Positions 28,967 to 38,990 of a DNA stretch of 64,000 bases are shown here, in pieces (the first letter of the stretch is position 1; each line of letters opens with the position of its first letter). Made by a program: the position numbers and the translations under genes. This DNA comes from an uncultured delta proteobacterium (GTDB taxonomy: Bacteria; Desulfobacterota; Syntrophia; Syntrophales; UBA5619): assembly GCA_963817385.1 (NCBI GenBank), contig CAWFOM010000001.1, positions 1 through 64,000 on the forward strand, read 5' to 3'. The notes beneath the pieces are model-generated. The model was not told where the DNA came from. It searched no databases and saw nothing but the letters and a program-made list of their open reading frames with translations.

Positions 28967-30466
28967 TTACAAGGCCCTGGCTTTCTTTCTCTTCGCTAAA
29001 TAATTCCGCAAGATCGGGTACAGCATGGAGGCAATCGCAAGGTAGAGGAGCGTCCCGCCGATCGGCCGCGTCAGGAAGGGCCAGAAATTACCGTACACCA
29101 TCATCCCCTTGATGAGCGCCGATTCGGCAATGGGGCCCAGGATGATCGCCAGGACCAGGGGCACCATCGGATATTCGAACTTCTCCATGACATAGCCGAT
29201 CAGGCCGAAGATGAACATGATCCAGACATCCTGAAGGTTGTTGTTGATCCCGTAGGCGCCGACGATGCACAGGATAAAGATGATCCAGTTCAGGACCGGC
29301 CGGGGGACATAGAGGATCTTAGCGAACATCCAGATCCCCCAGAGCCCGGCGATGATCATCAGGCAGTTGGCGACGAAATAGCCGCCGAAGACCCCCCAGA
29401 CCATTTCATTATTGTAGAGGAAGAGGTTCGGCCCCGGGGTCAGGCCGTGGCTCATCAGCGCGGCCAGGATGACCGCCGTGGTGGAGCTCCCGGGGATCCC
29501 CAGGGTCAGCGTGGGGACCATCGCCCCGCCGCAGGCGGAGTTGTTGGCGAATTCCGGCGCCGCGATCCCCTCGTCGATCCCGGTGCCGAACTTCTCGGGG
29601 TGATCCGACCAGCGGACGGCCTCGTTGTAGGCGATGACCGAGGCGGTGGTGCCCCCTGTGCCGGGAAGGATACCGATGATCGTTCCAATGATGACCGAAC
29701 GAACCATCAGGACCTTCATGTGGAGAAACTCCTTGATCACACTGAACTGGGTCTTGACCGCCCCGTCCTTGGCGATGTCGTGCTTCTTGACGACGATCGT
29801 ACCGGCATTCCGAAAGAACTCCGACATGCCGAAGAGGCCGACGATGACGGGGACGTAGCTGATCCCGTAGCGGAGGTGCTCATTGTCGAAGGTGAAGCGC
29901 TCCACGCCGAAGATATCGCTCATCCCGATGGTGACGAGGAAGAGGCCGATCGTCGTGGAGATGAGCCCCTTGACGACGCTCTTGGCCGCGAGGCTCGTCA
30001 CCGTGCTCATCCCGAAGAGGGCCAGGGCGAAGTATTCCGCCTGGTCGAACCTCAAAGCCCAGTGGGCGAGGATCGGGGCGAAGAACATCAGGACGATGGC
30101 GCTGAACACTCCGCCTATCGCCGACGCCGTCATGGCGAGCCCCAGCGCTCGGCCGGCGTCCCCGCGCTTCGCCATGGGAAAGCCGTCGAGCATCGTCATG
30201 GCCGACTGGGCCTCGCCGGGGATCCGGAAGAGGATCGAGGTTATGGACCCGCCGGTCGTCCCCGCCGCATAGATCGCCCCCAGCATGACGATCGCCTGGG
30301 CCGGCGTCAGCGACAGGGTTACGGGCAGCATGATGGCCACACCGGCCGCCGTCCCCAGGCCGGGCAGAGCGCCGATGATGATCCCCAGGATCACACCGGC
30401 GCAGATGATGAAGAAGTTGAAGGGATCGACGACGAAGTTGGCCGCAATGAGTAGATTGTCGAACAT
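28967..30466 (-). CDS. tctA: Tripartite tricarboxylate transporter, large permease
   Basis: GALPGLG, GGSITSILFRIPG, EFANNS..PTLTLGIPGS. Confidence 0.93.
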   Translation of the reverse strand: MFDNLLIAANFVVDPFNFFIICAGVILGIIIGALPGLGTAAGVAIMLPVTLSLTPAQAIVMLGAIYAAGTTGGSITSILFRIPGEAQSAMTMLDGFPMAKRGDAGRALGLAMTASAIGGVFSAIVLMFFAPILAHWALRFDQAEYFALALFGMSTVTSLAAKSVVKGLISTTIGLFLVTIGMSDIFGVERFTFDNEHLRYGISYVPVIVGLFGMSEFFRNAGTIVVKKHDIAKDGAVKTQFSVIKEFLHMKVLMVRSVIIGTIIGILPGTGGTTASVIAYNEAVRWSDHPEKFGTGIDEGIAAPEFANNSACGGAMVPTLTLGIPGSSTTAVILAALMSHGLTPGPNLFLYNNEMVWGVFGGYFVANCLMIIAGLWGIWMFAKILYVPRPVLNWIIFILCIVGAYGINNNLQDVWIMFIFGLIGYVMEKFEYPMVPLVLAIILGPIAESALIKGMMVYGNFWPFLTRPIGGTLLYLAIASMLYPILRNYLAKRKKARAL

Positions 30467-30490
30467 AATGGCATCTCCTGTCTTTATCCT

Positions 30491-31009
30491 TCAATAGATA
30501 AGCGTGCTTAGTTCCCTGAATATCCCGATGCCCCGGGGGAGCGGGATATAGGTGGCGATGGTGAACAGCAGCAGAAAAACCGCAACCGAGACAATTGGGA
30601 TCACCGCCAGCCAGAGCTTCTTGCGGTAGCCCGTCACCCACATGTAGATCGCCATGAAGATGGGGGTCGCAACCGTAAATCCGAGAAAATCCATAACGGT
30701 GATAAAGATGAAGCTGATGACGAAACCGAAGATGAGAAGGTTTTTCACCGACTTTTCGCCGGTCGCCTCCTCCAGGAGCGCCTGCTTCTTCTCATCGGCC
30801 TTCTCCTTGGCTTCCCGCTGCTCCTTTGTCTGACGCAGGAGCCTGAACAGCTCAATGCACGAGCAGACAAAAAGGATCACCAGTGCGATCCCCGGCCAGA
30901 ACGATCCGACCAGAGGCGTATCGACCCGCGGCGGGGTCAAATTCATGGCCATGACGAAAAAAATAACGGAAAAAAAAATGCACCCTCCCGCAAATACCTT
31001 TGCACCCAT
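30491..31009 (-). CDS. tctB: Tripartite tricarboxylate transporter, small permease
   Basis: 4 TM helices, GSFWP, LGF, IPLPRG; lies between tctC and tctA. Confidence 0.88.
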   Translation of the reverse strand: MGAKVFAGGCIFFSVIFFVMAMNLTPPRVDTPLVGSFWPGIALVILFVCSCIELFRLLRQTKEQREAKEKADEKKQALLEEATGEKSVKNLLIFGFVISFIFITVMDFLGFTVATPIFMAIYMWVTGYRKKLWLAVIPIVSVAVFLLLFTIATYIPLPRGIGIFRELSTLIY

Positions 31010-31209
31010 TCCGGAACCTCCTTCACGAGTCTTTGAAAAATCGCCACCCCTCTGTCGCAGCCGGCTACCGCAGGGAATACCCCGACATCCCTCCGGCCCG
31101 CGAAGTGACCCTCACCTGGATCCGGGACGGCGGCATCAACGCAATCAGCGTTCCGCGAGCGATCCGCCGGAAAAACCGGCGGATCGCTCACGGGTCCGAC
31201 GCACACGCA

Positions 31210-32220
31210 TTATTTCTTTTTTTCTTCGATCCAGCCCAGATCCTTGACGACGGCGGTCAGGTCGGTCCGCTCGCTGAGGGCAAACTTTTCAAAGTCCTTA
31301 CCGAACAGTGCGGCGGCACGGTCATGTCCCACCTCGTCCTTGAGGAATTTCTGATATTCCGCCGAATCGAAGGACTGCTTGAGGAGCGCCGTGAGGTACT
31401 CGACGATAGGTTTCGGCGTCCCTTTTTTCACGACAAAACCCCGCCAGCGGCCGATGTTGTCGTTGATCCCCATTTCACCGGTGCAGGGCACATCCGCATA
31501 CTTGCCGGTCAGGCGCTTCTCATAACCGATGATAAAGGGACGGGAGAACTTTGCCTCCGTGAGACCGGCCAGCTCGACGAGTTCACCCGATATGAAGGTC
31601 GTATGGCCCCCCTGGAAGCTGGCCTTTCTCTCTCCGCCGGCATCAAAGGGGATGAACTTCAGGCCCATGTTGCCGCGTTTGGCCAGCACTTCCACCCAGA
31701 CATGATCGATGCCGAGGGCGCCGGAACCAGCGACGGTCAGTTTGGCCTTCGGGTTTTTCTTGGTGTATTCCTGAATAGCTTGGACGCTCTGAAAATCCTT
31801 ATTGTCCACGCGGGTATGGAGGGCGGATACTTCATGGACACCCCTGCCCAGCCACTCCCATTTGTCCACCCCTGCCTTGCCGCGTTTCATGGCCTCGTTG
31901 AGCACAAGGTCATTGGAGACCATCAAGATGACGTAACCGTCGGCAGGCTGGGCCAGCGCATAGGAACTCCCGATCGAAGCGGCGGCGCCCGGCATGAAGC
32001 TGAACTTGAACGGCACACCGAGCTCTTTTTCGGTGGCTTTCAGGAAGGCCCGGGAAAACTGGTCTGCGCCGGAACCGGGACCGTGGGGAACGACGATCTC
32101 GATCGCCCTTTTGGGATATCCTTTCGGTTTATCAAGAGCAAAGGTTTTATCAGCAACTCCGAGGCAAACTGAGATAAAAAATGACACCAGACAGATTGGC
32201 AGTAATCTTTTCATGTTCAT
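31210..32220 (-). CDS. tctC: Tripartite tricarboxylate transporter substrate-binding protein
   Basis: Signal peptide; YPKRAIEIVVPHGPGSGAD, PADGY, WRGFVVKKGTP. Confidence 0.92.
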   Translation of the reverse strand: MNMKRLLPICLVSFFISVCLGVADKTFALDKPKGYPKRAIEIVVPHGPGSGADQFSRAFLKATEKELGVPFKFSFMPGAAASIGSSYALAQPADGYVILMVSNDLVLNEAMKRGKAGVDKWEWLGRGVHEVSALHTRVDNKDFQSVQAIQEYTKKNPKAKLTVAGSGALGIDHVWVEVLAKRGNMGLKFIPFDAGGERKASFQGGHTTFISGELVELAGLTEAKFSRPFIIGYEKRLTGKYADVPCTGEMGINDNIGRWRGFVVKKGTPKPIVEYLTALLKQSFDSAEYQKFLKDEVGHDRAAALFGKDFEKFALSERTDLTAVVKDLGWIEEKKK

Positions 32221-32785
32221 TCTCCCCTCTTTTTTACGAGTGCATTGAACAGCGCTTCTTTCCCACCGGCCATTCAGGGCACCCTGATATTTAGTTGCCA
32301 CTATTCGTTACGTCTCGTCCGTCATCGCCCGTTGTTGAATCTGCTCGGCCCTCCTCCTTTCCCACCAGGTTTGGTGCATTATTCGCTATCTCCGACACGA
32401 TTGCTGAACCCTGTTTTTAAAAAAACGCCCCTGTTCATTTAGCGCCCCGTACCTCTGATCAAATCGACATTTATTGGGAAAGGCGGATACCTGCGCACCC
32501 CGCGCCCCAGAGAGAATATGCCCTTCCTCTCCTGTTCAGATGCAAGCCCGCCCCGTCGATAGCTTGGGGGACTCTCCCGCCCCGAGGATAAATTATGCAC
32601 GACCGCAATCCGATCAAATGGATACTGCACGACGTAAGAAAGGGTGTTCGATCACAAGAATCATCCCCGTTCACGGAAACGAATATGCCCTGCCAGTGTT
32701 GTATAGTAGAGAATTGAGGTGAGATGTCAAACCGAAATGCTTTATGGGCGGTATAAACAAATGTAATGCGTTTTCCGATATAATT

Positions 32786-33694
32786 TCAAGCCAGCCGGAA
32801 CTCCTTGTCCCTCTGCCGGAGCAGGTACTCCTTCCACTTCATCGCCTGGACGCTGAGATCCTCTTCCGACCGGTAGACAATATCGAATTTCCGCTTCATA
32901 TCCAGACCCTTCAACTCAACTTTCCTGAGAAGTCCCTGCTCCGTCTCCAGGCGGCAGGCGAGATGGGAAACAATGGAAATCCCCATCTTCCCGATGACCC
33001 CTCGCATGATAGCCTCGGTGCTCCCCAAGACCATGGCCACTCTGAGTTTCTTGCTCGGACAAAGCTGCTTCAGCGCTTTCGTATAAACCGTCCGTGTTCC
33101 CGAGCCCGGTTCGCGCAGGAGGAAATCTTCTTCAAAGATGCGCTCTGCATCAACCGCCTTCTTTCTGCTCCAGGGATGATCGGGCCAAACGATTAACGTC
33201 AGATCATCCTGGTAGAAGGGGATCGTCACAAAGCGATTTTCCGGAACCGGCTCGCTGACGATCGCGAGTTCGACGAGGCCGTCCCGCAGGCATCGCATGA
33301 CTTCCCTGCTGTTGCCTACCTGCATGGAGATGTTTACGCCGGGATTGTTGTGCTTGAAACCGCCGATGATCAGCGGAAGCAGATAGATACCCAGAAGGGA
33401 CGTGGCGCCGAAGAGAACATCGCCGTACACGCTCTCCGTCAGCACGGTCATCTCATCTTTTGCTTGACGATAGAGACGGTCGATTTGACCAGCGTACCGA
33501 TACAGGATCTCTCCGGCTTTTGTCAGGGCGATCCGGTTTCGCTGGCGGACAAACAGTTTTGTGTTGAACGTCTCTTCAAGTTTTCGGATCTGATGCGTCA
33601 CTCCGGGCTGTGTAATGTTCAGCAGCTCAGCCGCCTTGGTGAAACTGCAGGTCTTGGCGGACGCCAGAAAAACCCTCAGATAAAAGTCGATCAC
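32786..33694 (-). CDS. LysR-family transcriptional regulator
   Basis: SFTKAAELLNITQPGVTHQI; GTG start after AAGGAGG. Confidence 0.9.
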   Translation of the reverse strand: MIDFYLRVFLASAKTCSFTKAAELLNITQPGVTHQIRKLEETFNTKLFVRQRNRIALTKAGEILYRYAGQIDRLYRQAKDEMTVLTESVYGDVLFGATSLLGIYLLPLIIGGFKHNNPGVNISMQVGNSREVMRCLRDGLVELAIVSEPVPENRFVTIPFYQDDLTLIVWPDHPWSRKKAVDAERIFEEDFLLREPGSGTRTVYTKALKQLCPSKKLRVAMVLGSTEAIMRGVIGKMGISIVSHLACRLETEQGLLRKVELKGLDMKRKFDIVYRSEEDLSVQAMKWKEYLLRQRDKEFRLA

Positions 33695-33902
33695 CGCACT
33701 CCTCCTTACGCCCGGCAATGCAGGGTCTCATCCCCTGAAGTGTGCAGAAGAATAGTAACAGATCGCTCCCCGGCCCTGCAACATGAAAAACGCCGCCCGA
33801 TTCGTGACGACCGATTCATGATGTCCGAGTTCGGGAGACAGTGCCGCACCCGACTGAAGCGGCGCCGATACACTCCCGGCAATGTATCTGTCCCCTGAAT
33901 GC

Positions 33903-35459
33903 TTACAATGGGATATTGTTATGTTTTTTTGGAAGCCGCGTCTGCGCCTTGTCCTGAAGCGCATCGAGGAGCGCAACCACTTTTTTCCGTGTCTCCCGGG
34001 GCAGGATGATTTCATCGACAATACCGAGACTGGCGGCAAAATAGGGGTTGTTGAACTGCTCTTCATAGGCCGATGCCAGTTCCGCTCGTTTGGCCGCGGG
34101 ATCTTCAGCCCCCGATATCTCGCGTCGATAAATGATGTTGCAGGCCCCTTCGGCACCCATCACGGCTATCTGAGCGGAAGGCCAGGCCATCACATAATCG
34201 GCGCCGATCGCCTTGGAACACATGCCGTTATAACCGCCGCCGTAAGCCTTGCGCGTCACGACAGTGATTTTTGTCACGGTGGCCTCGCCGTAGGCGTGGA
34301 GCAGCTTGGCGCCGTGTCGAATGATGCCGGTCCATTCCTGCTGGGTGCCCGGGATGTAGCCGGGGACATCGGTAAAGGTTATAATAGGGATGTTGAAGGC
34401 ATCGCAGAACCGGATGAACCGGGCGGCCTTGTCCGAGGCGTTGACGTCGAGTACTCCTGCAAAGAAACGGGGATTATTGGCGATAACGCCGACGGGCCGA
34501 CCCATGATCCGGATGAAGGCCACAATGATATTCTTCGCCCAAAATTCATGGGGCTCGAAGACTTCCTTATTGTCGGCCACGGAAGCGATGATCTTCTTCA
34601 TATCATAACTGCGATTGGCCCTGTCGGGCATGATCGTGTCCAGTTCAGGGCACTCCCGCTCCGCGCTGTCCGTACAGGGGATGACCGGCAGCGGACTGTG
34701 GCAACTGTCGGGAAGATAGGAGAGAAGGATCTTCACCCTGCGGAGGCAGTCCTCGTCGTTGTCCGTGACAAAATGGCAAACCCCGCTCTTGGCGGCGTGG
34801 GCCATGGGACCGCCGAGCTCCTCATGGCTCACCTCCTCCGCGATGACCGCTTTGACGACGTCCGGACCGGTAAGGTACATGTAACTGCTGTTCTTCACCA
34901 TGAAGACCCAGTCTGTGAGCGCCGGCGAGTAGACGGCGCCGCCTGCCGTGGGTCCCATGACGGCGGAGATCTGGGGGATATAGCCGGACGCTATGGTGTT
35001 ACGGTAAAAAATCCGCGAATAACCGTTGAGCGCGGTAATGCCCTCCTGGATGCGCGCCCCTCCGGAATCATTCAGGGCAACGAAAGGTTTTTTTGCGTCA
35101 ATGGCCATGTCCATCACTTTACTGATCTTCTGTGCATGCATCTCCCCGAGACTGCCGCCGGCGCTGGTAAAATCCTGGGAGGCGACGAAGACGACCCGGC
35201 CGTTGATCCGACCGAATCCGGTGACGACGCCGTCGGCATTAATCTCTTTCTCGGCGAGGCCGAAGAGGATCGAGCGGTGCTTGACAAAGAGCTGGACCTC
35301 CTGAAACGTCCCCTTATCGAACAGGAGGTCGATCCGTTCCCGGGCGGTCAATTTGCCCTGTTCATGCTGTTTCCGGACCATCGTTTCGCCGCCCATGGCG
35401 ACGAGCCGGTTCTTCCGCTCCATGAATTCGCCGATCTTGTCCGCCGTCGTTTTTTCCAT
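33903..35459 (-). CDS. Acyl-CoA carboxyltransferase (methylmalonyl-/propionyl-CoA carboxylase beta or decarboxylase alpha type)
   Basis: GKLTARERI, DSGGARIQEG, GPTAGGAVYSPA, RKAYGG, KKHNNIPL. Confidence 0.93.
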   Translation of the reverse strand: MEKTTADKIGEFMERKNRLVAMGGETMVRKQHEQGKLTARERIDLLFDKGTFQEVQLFVKHRSILFGLAEKEINADGVVTGFGRINGRVVFVASQDFTSAGGSLGEMHAQKISKVMDMAIDAKKPFVALNDSGGARIQEGITALNGYSRIFYRNTIASGYIPQISAVMGPTAGGAVYSPALTDWVFMVKNSSYMYLTGPDVVKAVIAEEVSHEELGGPMAHAAKSGVCHFVTDNDEDCLRRVKILLSYLPDSCHSPLPVIPCTDSAERECPELDTIMPDRANRSYDMKKIIASVADNKEVFEPHEFWAKNIIVAFIRIMGRPVGVIANNPRFFAGVLDVNASDKAARFIRFCDAFNIPIITFTDVPGYIPGTQQEWTGIIRHGAKLLHAYGEATVTKITVVTRKAYGGGYNGMCSKAIGADYVMAWPSAQIAVMGAEGACNIIYRREISGAEDPAAKRAELASAYEEQFNNPYFAASLGIVDEIILPRETRKKVVALLDALQDKAQTRLPKKHNNIPL

Positions 35460-35594
35460 ACCCCTCCTGCCCCCTTCCTGTATGTTTCAGATTATCCTTC
35501 CTGTCTCGCTGCCCGCTGCAGCGGTTGACCGTAACCGCCTCCCTCGCGGGAGGGGAACATTCGCTTTTTCCGGGCGTGTCACTTCCGGCGCGCC

Positions 35595-36989
35595 CTACCC
35601 GGGACGGTTCATGGCCCGGCGGCACCGCTCCATGATGGAGAGCACCGCGAAGGGCTGCTCGATTTCCTGAAAGGTCGGAATTCCCCGGGGTTCCAGGGCG
35701 GCCTTGTATTCGTCCATGCACCCCTTGGCGCCGCTGAAGGTGACCAGGATCGGCTTCTCGGGATACTTCCCGGCCAGCTCCACGATGAAGCCCGGATCGG
35801 GCACCCCCGTTTCCGGCGTCAGCATCATCACCGGCACCACGGCGTCCACCGCGGGGTCCTGAAGGACGATCTCCATCCCCTCCCGGTAGGCGGTTTCAAC
35901 CCCCGACGAGAGGGCCGCCGGCCAGATGTCGACGGGATTGCGCATGCGGATATAGGAAGGGCTGATCGCCTGGAGCCGCTGCACGTTCTCCTGCTCCAGG
36001 GGGGGAATGTGGAGTCCCAGGCGGACGCAGTAATCGGAGAGCACGGCCAGCATGGCGCCGGACGGGGCGAGAAAACTGACGCCGTTTCCCTGGGGGAGCG
36101 GCAGCATGGAGAGGGCCTTCCCCGCCAGGATGAGATGGGTGTAATCCGAGATGCGGACCACCCCGGCCTGGCGGAGCATGCCGTCGACGATGCGGTCGGG
36201 CGATGCCATCGCCGCCGTATGGGCAATCGCCGCCTGCCTGCCCGCTTCCGTGGCCCCGCTCTTGAGCAGGACGACCGGCTTTCTGCGGGTGACCTCCCGG
36301 GCCACCTCCAGAAAACGGAGCGGCCGTTTGAAACTCTCGATATAGATGAGGATGGCGGCCGTCTCCGGATCCGCACCCAGATATTCCAGCGCATCCGTCT
36401 CATCGATGTCGATTTTGTTCCCCAGGCCCACGACCCGGGCCACGCCGAAATGCTCGCCGGTCAGGATATATTTCAGGGTATGGGTGCCGAAATTCCCCGT
36501 CTGGGCAATGTAGGAAACCCGGCCGCGGCGGATCTTCCCCTGGGGAAAGAAGGTCGACGTGAACCCCTGCGGGGTCGAGGTGTGACCCGACGTGTTCGGA
36601 CCGAGGGCATGGAGACCCCTCTCCTGGATGATACGGACGAGCTCCCGCTGGATCTCGGCTCCGGCCTCGTCGACTTCGGCGAAGCCGCCCGAGGAGAGGA
36701 CAAAATGGCGGATCCCCTGATCGGCGCACTCGCGAAGGGCCTGGGCCGTGGCCGCCGCGGGCAGGATGATCACGGCCACATCGATGTCCCTGGGCAGGCT
36801 TGCGATGGAGGACCAGACATCGATCTCCCTGATCCTGCCCCCCTTGGGATTGACCGGGTAAATCTTCCCCGTATACCCGTTCTCCTGGATGTTTCTGATC
36901 ACTTCGTGGCCGGGCTTGCCGGGAACGGCGGAGGCGCCGATGATCGCGACGCTGCGGGGTTCAAAAAAGGGTTCCAGCTTATTTCTCAT
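35595..36989 (-). CDS. ADP-forming acyl-CoA synthetase, alpha subunit
   Basis: EPRSVAIIGAS, YPVNP, LGPN, GNKID, AHTAA (phospho-His), NPVD. Confidence 0.88.
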   Translation of the reverse strand: MRNKLEPFFEPRSVAIIGASAVPGKPGHEVIRNIQENGYTGKIYPVNPKGGRIREIDVWSSIASLPRDIDVAVIILPAAATAQALRECADQGIRHFVLSSGGFAEVDEAGAEIQRELVRIIQERGLHALGPNTSGHTSTPQGFTSTFFPQGKIRRGRVSYIAQTGNFGTHTLKYILTGEHFGVARVVGLGNKIDIDETDALEYLGADPETAAILIYIESFKRPLRFLEVAREVTRRKPVVLLKSGATEAGRQAAIAHTAAMASPDRIVDGMLRQAGVVRISDYTHLILAGKALSMLPLPQGNGVSFLAPSGAMLAVLSDYCVRLGLHIPPLEQENVQRLQAISPSYIRMRNPVDIWPAALSSGVETAYREGMEIVLQDPAVDAVVPVMMLTPETGVPDPGFIVELAGKYPEKPILVTFSGAKGCMDEYKAALEPRGIPTFQEIEQPFAVLSIMERCRRAMNRPG

Positions 36990-37035
36990 CACTTCTCTCT
37001 CCGGGTAATAGTCTTTTCCGGAAGAATCCCCGGAA

Positions 37036-37749
37036 TCATGGATGGACGGCGGCCGGTACCTGGATCGCCACAAGGGCGTCAACCGCCACCGGAGAACCGT
37101 CGGGGCGGATCTTGATGGGATTCATGTCGATTTCCCGGACATTGCCGCATTCGCAGCCGATTTTCCCCAGTGCCACGATGATCCGGGCCAGGGCCTCCCG
37201 ATCGACGGGCGGCTGGCCGCGAAAGGGATCAAGGATCTTGGCCATCCGAATTTCATCCATCATCGCCAGGGCGTCAGCCGTGGTGACGGGGGCAACGCGG
37301 AAGACCGCATCGTCAATGAGCTCGGTGAAGATCCCGCCCACGCCGAACATCACGCAGGGGCCGAACTGGACATCCCGGGTAAGGCCGCAGACCAGTTCAC
37401 GGTCTCCCCCGACCATCTCCTGGACCAGGAGCCCCTCGCAGCCGGCAATCGCCAGAAGCCGTTTGGCCTGCTCGCGGACATCCCCTTCCGACTTCAGGTT
37501 CAGGGCAACGGCCCCCAATTCCGTCTTGTGCTGAATTTTCTCGCCGGCGGCTTTCAACGCGACCGGATAGCCGATCTCCCGGGCGGCCTTGACCGCGGCC
37601 TCGCCGTCCGGGACAAATGCTTCCCGGCTTACCGGAATCCCGTACCCCTCCAGAAACCGCTTGGCCTCATACTCATTCAAGGCCGATTTCCCCGCTTTGA
37701 CAGCCGCTGCAATCCAATCCATCAGGGCCATGTCCCCTTTCTTCGCCAT
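37036..37749 (-). CDS. ADP-forming acyl-CoA synthetase, beta (ATP-grasp) subunit
   Basis: LNEYEAKRFL, GYPVALK, HKTELG, FGPCVMFGVGG, EIDMNP. Confidence 0.9.
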   Translation of the reverse strand: MAKKGDMALMDWIAAAVKAGKSALNEYEAKRFLEGYGIPVSREAFVPDGEAAVKAAREIGYPVALKAAGEKIQHKTELGAVALNLKSEGDVREQAKRLLAIAGCEGLLVQEMVGGDRELVCGLTRDVQFGPCVMFGVGGIFTELIDDAVFRVAPVTTADALAMMDEIRMAKILDPFRGQPPVDREALARIIVALGKIGCECGNVREIDMNPIKIRPDGSPVAVDALVAIQVPAAVHP

Positions 37750-37914
37750 GTCATGATCTTCAATCGCCCCGGAACTGCCGGGGGCGTTAAGATAACCGTG
37801 AGCCGCCCCCCATCCCTCCCCACCGGGAAATAGGATGGTGTTATTAACCCTGTTTGCCGAAATAAGTCAATCGCATAATGGGAGCTGATTTCCGGGTCAT
37901 CTGCTTATCCGTGC

Positions 37915-38031
37915 ATGTCTAAGATGTTCTTCATCGAAGATGACCGGGGAAGGTCCGTAGACCTCGTGTTAGCCGATTCCTTGAAGTCGCGCATCAAGCC
38001 GATCATCACCCGCGAGGTGGCCTATGCATAG
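37915..38031 (+). pseudogene. C-terminal remnant of an MNT (minimal nucleotidyltransferase) antitoxin
   Basis: Hand translation MSKMFFIEDDRGRSVDLVLADSLKSRIKPIITREVAYA*; the N-terminal GS/DxD half is missing. Confidence 0.7.
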
Positions 38032-38200
38032 GGATTTCAGGCTCTATCTCGATGACATTTTAGAAGCCATCCACCAAATCCGAACATACCTGGCGGACCA
38101 GGACGAAGAGGCTTTCAGAAAAGACCGAAAAACCTAGGACGCCGTCATCCGAAATCTTGAGATCATCGGTGAGGCCGCGGGAAAGCTGCCTGACCGCCTG
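38024..38200 (+). pseudogene. DUF86/HepT HEPN toxin pseudogene (premature TAG at 38135, truncated)
   Basis: MHRDFRLYLDDILEAIHQIRTY..DRKT*DAVIRNLEIIGEAAGKLP; homology ends before the RxxxxH motif. Confidence 0.8.
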
Positions 38201-38713
38201 ACCACCTGCCCAAGAGACTCGATAGCATGGCCGATACCAAGATTTCTCGACAGCTGGCCATGCTTGATAACGGATAACAAAAGTTCAAAGGGTGGTCATC
38301 GCATATCGATCGAGACCATTGAGTGCGGGATGGAAGATGCAACGTCTGGTCAGCAAATTTTCGGTTCCTCCAGTTTACGCACAACTTCCTGAAAGAGAGT
38401 GTCTGGTAATTTTGAAAGGAGTGCGCCCTTTCGAATGGTATTCATTATCCGTTATTGACTGTATTCGTTAAAATTGAATATTGTGATTTAGACATAGATT
38501 TGAATTGGTAAGTGCGCCACGAGGCTGCACATGAGATGAGGGGAGGTCCCTCGGAGTCGGCTTACAGGAGCTGGCTTCAAACCACCTTGAGCTGCAGTGG
38601 TAAGGAGCCATTGAGGTGTTCTCGAAAAAATTTGTTTGGCCAAACCCCGGCTGTCGCCGGGGTGACAGGATAAGCTGGTTTTGCAATTGGCTCTCCCATT
38701 TTTCCTCTTTTTT

Positions 38714-38730
38714 TGTCGGATTTCTTTACA
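38714..38730 (+). promoter_or_regulatory. Enhancer-like box 1, TGTCGG-N5-TTTACA
   Basis: TGTCGGATTTCTTTACA; repeated 92 bp downstream; upstream of a sigma54 promoter. Confidence 0.6.
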
Positions 38731-38805
38731 GTTACCTAACAAGTATACAAGTTATTGATATAATTAAATATATTTCCATTAGCATCTCTGTATAGCATTA
38801 TAAAT

Positions 38806-38822
38806 TGTCGGGAAGTTTTACA
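38806..38822 (+). promoter_or_regulatory. Enhancer-like box 2, TGTCGG-N5-TTTACA
   Basis: TGTCGGGAAGTTTTACA. Confidence 0.6.
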
Positions 38823-38908
38823 GTTTACAGCTCGGCACACTGGCGCATGATTAGGGGGCATTAGAAAAAATTAAGTTCTTTCAATTTGTTATCATAATTG
38901 CTCGCTAA

Positions 38909-38924
38909 TGGCATTGCATTTGCT
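38909..38924 (+). promoter_or_regulatory. sigma54 -24/-12 promoter of the PEP-CTERM gene
   Basis: TGGCATTGCATTTGCT with exact GG-N10-GC spacing. Confidence 0.75.
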
Positions 38925-38990
38925 TAGAAATATGGCAGCGATGAAAACATGCCATTAGGGCTAATTAAACAAGGAAAAAGGAGGGTAATT

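Noticed and set aside
32221..32785. Long tctC leader as a cobalamin riboswitch
   Set aside because: Could not find the B12-box or other conserved elements by eye; needs an Infernal search
38135..38137. In-frame TAG as pyrrolysine readthrough (tempting given mtmB)
   Set aside because: Position is normally Gln (CAG>TAG), the gene is also truncated, mtmB has no amber codon and no pyl genes are seen
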